Assembly: GCA_017399025.1 (NCBI GenBank)
Contig: JAFQEK010000115.1
Coordinates: 374-64,373, forward strand
Direction of reading: 5' to 3'
Source of the DNA: Clostridia bacterium
GTDB lineage: Bacteria > Bacillota > Clostridia > Oscillospirales > CAG-272
Length of the DNA stretch: 64,000 bases
Shown here: positions 50,303 to 58,074 of the stretch, in pieces
Layout of the letters: each line of letters begins with the position of its first letter
Position numbering within the stretch: the first letter of the stretch is position 1
Made by a program: the position numbers and the translations under genes
Notes under the pieces: model-generated
What the model was told of the DNA's origin: nothing
The model's database searches: none
What the model saw: only the letters and a program-made list of their open reading frames with translations

Positions 50303-50420
50303 AAATGTATCTCCTTAAAAAAATTTTTCATATATGAACTATGCCCCGAGGCATAGCAGTTTTCTTACTCAACAATTGTTTTGCAGTCCGTTTTCTGTTT
50401 TTGGGGAAGCACCGGCCGGA

Positions 50421-51410
50421 TTAATGTCTCGGAATTTCTTCCATACCGGAATCGGAAATCAAAACAGAATGGAACTGAATACTTGCAAAAATCTGCGCAT
50501 CCACACCGATTTCATTGGTGCACTCAAAATCCTGCCCTTCCAGCCAGAGATAAATTTCAACCTTTGCCATACAATTGCCATCCAGGTTGAAAAGGAAAGG
50601 GTCATCCAAAAATTCGCCGTAGTCGTAAATCAGAGCATCTTTTTGCACAGGGTCCATTTCTGCCCATGCGGTTTTTGTCTGACGAATCAGGCGGTCGGCG
50701 GGAACAAGAGTTTCCGAACCATCTATGCTGTGTGTCGGAACATACTCCTGCGAACCGTCCTCATGCATATCGCAATTGGGTTCATAAATAATAAAAGACG
50801 GCTCTCCGGTCTGTGCGCCTCCGGCATCGTATTTCGTAATGCGGAAACCTACGCGAACAGCGCTCTGCGCGCCGTTGCCGCCGTCGTTGTGAAGAATATC
50901 TTCTCCGTTCCAGACAGGGGTTCCGATCAGGTATGTACCGGAGTTTCCGTGCGCACGGGAAAGGCTGACGGAAACGTTTTCATCTGTACGAAGATAGCAA
51001 GTCATTTTCAGATAGTAGCCGGCGCTGTCACTGCGATTGGTATTTTTTTCATCCGAAAGAGCATAGCTCAATCCGGTGATTCTTCCGTCGCCGCCAAACA
51101 ATGCGCCGTAAAAAATTTGTTTTTCATCGGAATAGGTAATCGGTTTCAGAAGCGTTTCGGACGGCGCATAATCCGCGTAATCCAAATGCTGTCCCCACGA
51201 ATTTTCATCATCGGGGTTCCATGTGATCTGAAGACCGGCGGGGGTGTTCACATAAAGCGACATGGTATTGATTTTCGGGGTTCTGCTGAGAGAAAACCAA
51301 GTATAGGTGGAGGCAGACAGGAGCGGAACCATGATGAAAAGCAGATACAGGAGCATCCATGTGGTTCTGCGCCTTCTTTTTTCTTCGGGATTTGTAACTT
51401 TCAAAACCAT
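50421..51410 (-). CDS. 329-aa TasA-superfamily-like protein with SipW-type signal peptide (minor subunit candidate)
   Basis: N-terminus MLLYLLFIMVPLLSASTYTWFSLSRTPKI. Shares SWGQHLDY..LLKPIT..FGGDGRI, YLRT and IYLWLEGQDFECTNE...IFASIQFHS with the paralogues. Confidence 0.75.
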   Translation of the reverse strand: MVLKVTNPEEKRRRRTTWMLLYLLFIMVPLLSASTYTWFSLSRTPKINTMSLYVNTPAGLQITWNPDDENSWGQHLDYADYAPSETLLKPITYSDEKQIFYGALFGGDGRITGLSYALSDEKNTNRSDSAGYYLKMTCYLRTDENVSVSLSRAHGNSGTYLIGTPVWNGEDILHNDGGNGAQSAVRVGFRITKYDAGGAQTGEPSFIIYEPNCDMHEDGSQEYVPTHSIDGSETLVPADRLIRQTKTAWAEMDPVQKDALIYDYGEFLDDPFLFNLDGNCMAKVEIYLWLEGQDFECTNEIGVDAQIFASIQFHSVLISDSGMEEIPRH

Positions 51411-51579
51411 CTTCCCTTTCTTGATTTTTTGATATGCGGAAATTTGTTTGAAAATTTCGAATGCGGCGATATACTAAGTCCTCGCCGAGAGGGTTGCGCG
51501 GCTCAAAAGAGCCTCAAACGTGAAAAATTCAGAGCAAATAAGGGGAATAAGGGATTTTTTTGATTTTTCGTGCCCTGCG

Positions 51580-51668
51580 AGAACACAAAACAAAGGCCGC
51601 ACTCCAATCAGCCTTTGCTTTATGTCGTTCGCTTCGTTTCCGAACGGGGAAAACCCCATTCGGAAACG
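51580..51668 (-). terminator. two strong hairpins downstream of the 711-aa gene (15-bp palindrome plus a terminator with T-run)
   Basis: First: CGTTTCCGAATGGGG-TTTT-CCCCGTTCGGAAACG (51635..51668). Second: CAAAGGC...GCCTTTG followed by TTTTGTGTT on the minus strand (51580..51617). Confidence 0.65.
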
Positions 51669-51743
51669 GTTGGAATCAATCTTTTGTTTCAAGAACACCT
51701 GAAAAGGCACGGGAAATCAACTCTTTTTCGGATCTATTCGGTA

Positions 51744-53879
51744 TCAGGTTGTGGGGTTCTGAAGACCGGAATAATCCATGGGTTTCAGTTCTGCGGAGCT
51801 GGAGAACTGGAGATTCAGGTTACCGGAGGTGGAAAGATTGGAGAGCGCTGCAACGTCTGCGTTTGTGATGGTGGTACCGTCAAGGTAAACGTAAACGGAG
51901 ATGTAGGTTGCTTCGTTCTGACCGAGGTCAACGATGTTCTGATCTTCAAGGATTTCACCCCAAGTAAGTGTAGCGGTTTCCAATTCACTGTAAATAGGTT
52001 TGGTAACATCACAGTTTTTCTCATTCCATACAATGATGTTTTCTTCAGGAGTATCTGCGGTTGCTTCTTCGTATCCTGCGAGCGCTTTATCAGCTACAGC
52101 CTCAATTGCCTGAAGCTTAACAGCCGCTTTTACGGTAGAACCGTCAGAGGTTGCAGTAGCGGTATCGAGATAAGCGCCGACAAGAAGTTCGCCCGTCTTT
52201 GTATCAACGAATACGAGTTTGATGTTTTTCATCAGATTCTTAACGGAGTCATCGCCGAAACCGGCCTGTGTGGAAAATTCCATGTAGCTACCGCCGCCCA
52301 TAGTTGCAGAAGTTGCATCGTTATTACTACCATAGATACGGTCTGTCGCAGCCTGCTGGAGTTTCAGAGTAGAGCCTGCAGCGTTGGTACGGAATACGAA
52401 GTCGAGAACGTATGCGTAAGTATCGGTAATAACCGCATTCGCATCTGCACCCTCCTTGGGATCGGGTTTGAGTGCGGCAGTGTAATTTCCAAGATTTGTA
52501 ATCTTACCATCAGCCAAATCGGTGTACATGTTGATATTCATGTTTTCCATTTTCAAATTATTACCATTAACAGTAACGTCAATATTTGCTCTGAAGTTTA
52601 CGTTGATGTTCTTGGTTACGCTTGCGATGTCTGCGTATACACCGGGGTCTTCTTTAGCAGACATACCGATCTTAACGCCTTCCTGCGCAACACCGAACGC
52701 CCAATTGTAAACACTGCCGTTTGTCTGCATCGCTTTAACACTCTCATAGGTTTCGCCGTTGATGGTGATCTTATTGATATCCATGAGAGGAGCAAGAATT
52801 GCAGTCAGGTGATTCCAAGTTGCTTTTCCGCCTTCAACAGCAATAGCCTCATTATATTTGCCCTGTGCAGTGCCTACAGCGGTTTCGATTTTTGCAACAG
52901 TGGTTGCAACCGTTTGCAGTTCTTCGGGAACACTGAAAGTTACGTCAAGGTCAGCACCGTTTTCACCGAGACCTGCAACGGTAAAGGTAACCTCCGCTGC
53001 ACCGGATTTCAGCTGATCAAACATGGTATCCCAATTATCATTGAATGTGGAAACCATCAGTTCAAAATTGGCATCTGTTTCATTGGACTTTGTATCTGCA
53101 AGAGCAATCAGCATGAAATTCTGGATTACTTCTTCCAAGTAACCGGGAACTTCTGCCAATTTGCTGATCATTGCCTGCAAGGGAGCGAATTCGTTGTCTG
53201 TAGTAACATCGAACTCGGGATTATCATTGGTAGCGCCCTTGAGGATCAAGGTAACAAGTTTGCCGCCATTTGCTCTCAAAGAGGTGCTTGCCGCATTGAG
53301 AGCAAGGTCAAGGTTTGTTTTTACGTTAGAGGAAGAGGTTGCGTACTGGAGTTCCTGTGCGCTCATGCTGGAAACTGTACCCAAAGCTCTGACACCGTAG
53401 CCTTCGGTTGCACCGGTTGCCTGAAGAGTAAAGCCATTGTTTCCGTTCCATGTGCCGTAGAAGCCGTTTTTCTCAACGGACGATACTCTACCGTCGGAAC
53501 CGTAAACGGGAGTATAAAGAGGAATTTCGTCAACCTGGCTGTTTTTTGTTACAGCAAGCACGGAGGGTTTCAAAATAATGGTATTCAAACCGTAAGCTGC
53601 ATTACCGAGGTCGATAATGTTACCCCATGTAGCGTTTTTGTCTACAACATTCGTAAGACCGGTACCGTTACCGGGAAGCGTATTGGTGGTATTCAACGCG
53701 ATTTCCAAGTTACCGTTCGCGCCAACCTGTGTGGTAATGCCGGTAACTTCAGGCGCTGTAGAAAGAGTAAACCATGCATATGTAGAAGAAACTACCATGA
53801 AGGATGCAACGAGAAGCATTGCAACTGCCGCAAGGAGTTTACTTCTAATAGACAGGAAGCTTTTCTGAGAAGTATTCAT
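51744..53879 (-). CDS. 711-aa TasA-superfamily-like protein with SipW-type signal peptide (major subunit candidate)
   Basis: N-terminus AVAMLLVASFMVVSSTYAWFTLSTAPEVTGITTQVGANGNLEIAL. C-terminus ISVYVYLDGTTITNAD...SGNLNLQFSSS. As I recall TasA, it has ASGTLDLS near the N-terminus and QGNSIKLQFSFEA near the C-terminus. Strong RBS AAAGGAG. Confidence 0.8.
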   Translation of the reverse strand: MNTSQKSFLSIRSKLLAAVAMLLVASFMVVSSTYAWFTLSTAPEVTGITTQVGANGNLEIALNTTNTLPGNGTGLTNVVDKNATWGNIIDLGNAAYGLNTIILKPSVLAVTKNSQVDEIPLYTPVYGSDGRVSSVEKNGFYGTWNGNNGFTLQATGATEGYGVRALGTVSSMSAQELQYATSSSNVKTNLDLALNAASTSLRANGGKLVTLILKGATNDNPEFDVTTDNEFAPLQAMISKLAEVPGYLEEVIQNFMLIALADTKSNETDANFELMVSTFNDNWDTMFDQLKSGAAEVTFTVAGLGENGADLDVTFSVPEELQTVATTVAKIETAVGTAQGKYNEAIAVEGGKATWNHLTAILAPLMDINKITINGETYESVKAMQTNGSVYNWAFGVAQEGVKIGMSAKEDPGVYADIASVTKNINVNFRANIDVTVNGNNLKMENMNINMYTDLADGKITNLGNYTAALKPDPKEGADANAVITDTYAYVLDFVFRTNAAGSTLKLQQAATDRIYGSNNDATSATMGGGSYMEFSTQAGFGDDSVKNLMKNIKLVFVDTKTGELLVGAYLDTATATSDGSTVKAAVKLQAIEAVADKALAGYEEATADTPEENIIVWNEKNCDVTKPIYSELETATLTWGEILEDQNIVDLGQNEATYISVYVYLDGTTITNADVAALSNLSTSGNLNLQFSSSAELKPMDYSGLQNPTT

Positions 53880-54011
53880 TTGTTTTCTCCTTTTTGATAA
53901 TTTTTATGTAGATTTGCAGGCAATGCTGGAGTGGTCAAAGCCTTGCAAAGAACATACAATGTTGTAATAAATTTGGGTTCTCCGTAAGGGAGAGTTTTTT
54001 GATTTCGCTTT

Positions 54012-55046
54012 TTATTGTTCTTCGTGGATATTCAAAATCTTGAAATTCATTTCAAGACCGAAATGTCCTCCGATCAGATCGTTTGTGCAGTCGGGGTCAT
54101 CACCCTCAATCCAAAGCACAACCGTATATTTGTGTACATCCATCGGTTTCACGGTAAACTGTCTGCCTGTCGCAACCACGGTTTCGGATTTGAAAGGTTC
54201 CGAAATCACACGGTAAAAAGGAATCGTGCTGTTTTCCGTTTCGATGGTTTCGAACTGTTCTTCGGGATATTTTGCATATTCGCCAAAGATCATTTTCGGA
54301 TAGCCGTGCAGATTATCGTCAAGAGGAGGAAGGATTTCGGGCATACCGTCCCTCTTGGCTTCCGCGTGTAACGTCATTTCGTCATCCTCAAAAATCATAA
54401 CCCAACAAGCCTGAGAAATATTCTTGCTTTCCGAGTTGATCGAAACATCCCATTCGTAATCCACGACGGATTTACCGTCGTTTCTGATATAGAAGGTATA
54501 TGCGAAGTAGTCGCCGCCGTGATAATAGCCCTCCGCATCCAAAACGTCCTCGGAAATTTCCATCATGGAAATGCACATCGCACCCTCCAAGGGCGTACTG
54601 TAAAGGTAAGAGCTTGGCTTTGTGAAAGCGGATGATTCACTCACGGAAAAACCTTCGCGGAAAAGGTCATCGGTCAGGTTGATCGTAAAATGACCTTTCA
54701 TTTTTGTAACCAAAGACATCACAAAGAACGTCGTCAGCACAAGGAGCAGGGAGGCAATCAGCGCCCAAAGCCATCTTGCTTTCAGAAACAGAAGAATGGC
54801 TCCACCTGTTCTCTTATCAAAATAGAGTCCCATAGAGGAAGCTGTCAATTCAAAATCCTTTCGGCTTTTGATTCCGACATCGCGAAGCTCCTTTCGGATT
54901 CTTTTTCTTCCCTCTCGGATTTCTCTCACTTCATCTTCCGTGAGAACGACTCCTGCGCGTTTTTTTTTGAAAAGTCTTTTTTGTTCGTTAGTTTTCGGGG
55001 ATTCTATGCCTTCATCGGAAGGCTTTTTCTTTTTTTCATCACTCAT
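54012..55046 (-). CDS. 344-aa signal-anchored paralogue: K/R-rich cytoplasmic N-tail, one TM, TasA-like C-terminal block
   Basis: About 85 aa of charged N-terminus, then TM segment LWALIASLLLVLTTFFVMSLV, then GHFTINLT. The C-terminus YTVVLWIEGDDPDCTNDLIGGHFGLEMNFKI matches the paralogue block. Confidence 0.7.
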   Translation of the reverse strand: MSDEKKKKPSDEGIESPKTNEQKRLFKKKRAGVVLTEDEVREIREGRKRIRKELRDVGIKSRKDFELTASSMGLYFDKRTGGAILLFLKARWLWALIASLLLVLTTFFVMSLVTKMKGHFTINLTDDLFREGFSVSESSAFTKPSSYLYSTPLEGAMCISMMEISEDVLDAEGYYHGGDYFAYTFYIRNDGKSVVDYEWDVSINSESKNISQACWVMIFEDDEMTLHAEAKRDGMPEILPPLDDNLHGYPKMIFGEYAKYPEEQFETIETENSTIPFYRVISEPFKSETVVATGRQFTVKPMDVHKYTVVLWIEGDDPDCTNDLIGGHFGLEMNFKILNIHEEQ

Positions 55047-56499
55047 TTTCTCGTTCCCTTAAAAGCGAGTCGCGAATCAATGTTTCTTCGTCAACCAAAG
55101 GACCTGTTGCAGCGCTGACAAAATGTTTTACGCCGCAGGCAACAAGCCAACGAATGGCATCCTCCGTTTCGGCATCCTTGGCATACGCCGTGATCCCCTT
55201 TTCCGGCAAGGATGTCAAAAGGTCTGCGATATCCCTTTTGAGATACAGATCGGGACGCAAGCGGACATACTTGAAACCAAATTCTTCAATACGTTCGAGC
55301 GGCAGAGTTTCCGGATTCCAGGAATCCACCATCAGCGTAATACCATTTTCAAGATAGCTTTTCAGAATTTCTTCCAATTCTTCGTTTGCGTTGATCACAA
55401 CAAAATCGGGAATCGTCAAAATCAGACATTTTTTATCAACAGGTTGATCTTCAAAAAGTTGTTCGAATTTAGAAAGCTGGGACACATCCATATAGAAAGA
55501 CGGAATCATATCCAGAACGATGGCATCGATTGCAAGCTTGCAATTTTCAATGCGCAAAAGCGTGTCCGCCGCTTCATAAAGAAAATATGTGGAAATTTCG
55601 GGAATCAATTCAAGCCGACGGAGCTGCGGCTCAATGATTTCAATGTTTTCTCTTTCCGAGGGGTTGTCGGCAATGCCTCCGAACCACGGAATTGCTTCAT
55701 ATGCGTTAATTTTTCCTTCCAAGCCGTTTACCATCGGACGGTAACTCAGTCCCATCGGACGATCCGGTTTCTTATCAACGAGAGGGATGGTTTTCGGCAA
55801 GGTCATTGTATAGTGAACATAGTTCAGATAAACCTGATGGCATTTTGCTTTGCAAGCCGTCAGGACCTTGATCAGATCGGGAGAAAATCCCGTACCCGCC
55901 TGCGCGAGCAGCGCTTCATAAGCTTCTTCAAAAGGATTTTCGGATTTTGTTTCGGAAGCAAGTCTGTCTAACTCTTTTGCAAGACCGACAATCTGTGCAA
56001 TCGGACTGATTGCGTTTTCCTTTCTTCCATCGGGATATCCGGAGCCGTCCCAACGCTCCATGTGCTGCTGACAGCTTTCATGGATCATCAGCCACGGGAT
56101 GCTTTCCGTTACAAATTCGCCGTTTCTTTTTTCTTTGATATGGAGAATTTTTTTCTGCAAGGAAATGGTCAGCAGTCGGCCGTCCGTGGTATATTTTTTA
56201 TAAACTTCTTTTTCCTCTTCGGTAAAATCGTTCTGCCAGATCTGATATTCGTGAGGCACGAGCGCTTTTCCGATCTGATGATACATGCCGCATTTATAAG
56301 CGAGATCCGCAAGCTTAATTCGCATACGTTCTGCACCCGCAGGAGTCTGCACACCGTAAGAGGAGGCGCAGGCCTGAGCAAAAAGCACTTGCGTATAGGA
56401 CGCAACGCGAACAGACTGCTGTCTGATCACGGGAGCCAGCGCGCGGAACGCTTCATCCCACGTATTATATTCTTTTCGTGTCCAAGTTTGCTCTTTCAC
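55039..56499 (-). CDS. HD-GYP-like plus EAL-like two-domain protein, both apparently degenerate (c-di-GMP-related)
   Basis: ERWDGSGYPDG is the GYP signature, but MYHQIGK replaces the HD(I/V)GK box. The C-terminal half is EAL-like (AYEAIPW, ...VDSWNPE, AKDAETED). Start chosen at GTG 56499 behind GAAAGGAA; the maximal ORF extends to a TTG at 56601. Confidence 0.65.
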   Translation of the reverse strand: MKEQTWTRKEYNTWDEAFRALAPVIRQQSVRVASYTQVLFAQACASSYGVQTPAGAERMRIKLADLAYKCGMYHQIGKALVPHEYQIWQNDFTEEEKEVYKKYTTDGRLLTISLQKKILHIKEKRNGEFVTESIPWLMIHESCQQHMERWDGSGYPDGRKENAISPIAQIVGLAKELDRLASETKSENPFEEAYEALLAQAGTGFSPDLIKVLTACKAKCHQVYLNYVHYTMTLPKTIPLVDKKPDRPMGLSYRPMVNGLEGKINAYEAIPWFGGIADNPSERENIEIIEPQLRRLELIPEISTYFLYEAADTLLRIENCKLAIDAIVLDMIPSFYMDVSQLSKFEQLFEDQPVDKKCLILTIPDFVVINANEELEEILKSYLENGITLMVDSWNPETLPLERIEEFGFKYVRLRPDLYLKRDIADLLTSLPEKGITAYAKDAETEDAIRWLVACGVKHFVSAATGPLVDEETLIRDSLLRERENE

Positions 56500-56554
56500 A
56501 AGCCGTTCCTTTCTGTTTTCGTGTTCTGATTTGGAGATAGTCGTTTTTTGGATA

Positions 56555-56595
56555 AATTGTGCCCGATCGATTTTTGATTTCGGCCGGGCACAATT
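56555..56595 (-). promoter_or_regulatory. 11-bp stem intercistronic hairpin between the FIVAR protein gene and the HD-GYP/EAL gene
   Basis: AATTGTGCCCG / CGGGCACAATT with a ~19-nt loop. Confidence 0.45.
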
Positions 56596-56644
56596 TTTCA
56601 ATGATCATTTATCGCGTTCGCGATATAAAAATTCTGATACAGAA

Positions 56645-58042
56645 TTATTCTTCGTCAGAAGCTTCGTCTTCGAGAACTTCTTCAGTTTCTTCTGCTTCTT
56701 CAGCTTCTTCAGACGCTTCTTCGTTTTCGCCTTCCATGGAACCGTCTTCATTTACAGTGCTTTCGCCGCCAATGCCTTCGGTGTCATTTCTGTTTTTGTT
56801 CTTCTTGAGCATACCCACAATAAGGAGAATTGCAAGAATTACGCTGATGACTGCGAATACGATGAAGAGAATCAGCCAATGTGTACCATTATTGCTATCA
56901 CCGGGTTCCACAGGAGCAACAGTTGTGCCGGTTGTTGTAGTTTCACTGCTGGTTGTGGTTTCTTCCGGTTGGGTTGCAGGAGTATCCGAAGTAGATTCGG
57001 ATGTGGATTCCGAAGTAGATTCCGTTGTGGATTCCGTTGTGGATTCCGTTGTAGATTCCGTTGTGCTGGATTCTGTGGTTACACCGAGTTCTTCCAGCAA
57101 AGCAGCCAACTTATCTCCCAAATCTATGAGCAAATAGGCAGCATTATCGATTTCTTCCTGATTTGCAGGGATATATTCGGGAGCGAGAATTGCTCTGCCT
57201 GCTTCAAGCGCATCCATCAAGGCCTGTCTTGCCTCTTCCAATTTCTCGTTCTGGAAAGTAACGAATTCAAGAAGTCCGTCTGCTCTGTTAACTGCAGCTT
57301 CCAGTTCACTGTAGTTAAACTTTGCATCATCCAGTGCATCCAATGCCTTCTCAAGTGCGTCAGCGCAGTTATTTACTTCTGTCTGATTTCTGCTGGAGCC
57401 CGCAAGTTCTGCACGAACCAAAGCATTCTCGAAATTGCTCCATGCTTCTGCAGGGTAGAATTTCCGGTCGCCTTCGTAATCTTTAGCTCTTTCCAGCTGT
57501 GCAATCAGCTTGGAGTAGTCCATTTTAACTACGTTGTCAACAACTTCGATGTCAAGGCGGATTTCGCGTTCAACAAGGTCTACGGGACCGTCAACGCCGA
57601 AAACATTGTAGGTAATAACAATTGTAGCCTTGGCACCGGTTCTTGCGTTATTAGCAACATCTACGGTAATAAAGAGTTTAAGATCAGGAAAATCGCCTTC
57701 CTCTTCGCAAGCAAGAATAAGATTGGAATAGCCATTTTCACGCAAACTTTTCGTATTAAAAGCTACCAAACCCCAACTGTTAATTGCGGAAACCCCAACG
57801 GTAACCAAATCTTTATCGCCTTCAATTCTGATTTCGCCATCAAGAATCTGGTTGTAAGGAATTCCCAATTCAAAGCCACTTGTTCGTACTGCTTTATCTC
57901 CCTTTGCAACTTTGAGTGTCTGTTGACCGACGAGCATAACATCTCCGGCAGTTTCTGTTCCTGCAAAAACAGGAACGGAAACCAAACTAACAAGGAGAGA
58001 CAAAACCACAAACAATATTAAAAGTTTATTGGTTTTTTTCAT
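56645..58042 (-). CDS. surface protein: Sec signal peptide, FIVAR-like helical repeats, Thr/Glu/Ser stalk, TM anchor, acidic tail
   Basis: Signal peptide MKKTNKLLILFVVLSLLVSLVSVPVFAG. FIVAR-like DYSKLIAQLERAKDY...QTEVNNCADALEKALDAL and NYSELEAAVNRADGL. Stalk TESSTTESTTESTTESTTESTSESTSES. TM segment WLILFIVFAVISVILAILLIVGM. Tail EEASEEAEEAEETEEVLEDEASDEE. Confidence 0.8.
   Translation of the reverse strand: MKKTNKLLILFVVLSLLVSLVSVPVFAGTETAGDVMLVGQQTLKVAKGDKAVRTSGFELGIPYNQILDGEIRIEGDKDLVTVGVSAINSWGLVAFNTKSLRENGYSNLILACEEEGDFPDLKLFITVDVANNARTGAKATIVITYNVFGVDGPVDLVEREIRLDIEVVDNVVKMDYSKLIAQLERAKDYEGDRKFYPAEAWSNFENALVRAELAGSSRNQTEVNNCADALEKALDALDDAKFNYSELEAAVNRADGLLEFVTFQNEKLEEARQALMDALEAGRAILAPEYIPANQEEIDNAAYLLIDLGDKLAALLEELGVTTESSTTESTTESTTESTTESTSESTSESTSDTPATQPEETTTSSETTTTGTTVAPVEPGDSNNGTHWLILFIVFAVISVILAILLIVGMLKKNKNRNDTEGIGGESTVNEDGSMEGENEEASEEAEEAEETEEVLEDEASDEE
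56985..57080. repeat. 12-nt tandem repeats encoding the (T/S)ES(T/S) stalk
   Basis: GTGGATTCCGTT / GTAGATTCCGAA units repeated ~8 times. Confidence 0.75.
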
Positions 58043-58074
58043 AATTCAATTATTCCTCCGCATTCTTTCAAGTA

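Noticed and set aside
51570-53897. 775-aa plus-strand ORF; likewise 56531..58021 and 58078..60942
   Set aside because: They are antisense to the 711-aa, FIVAR and dockerin genes respectively. All have Cys/Phe-rich compositions and no motifs.
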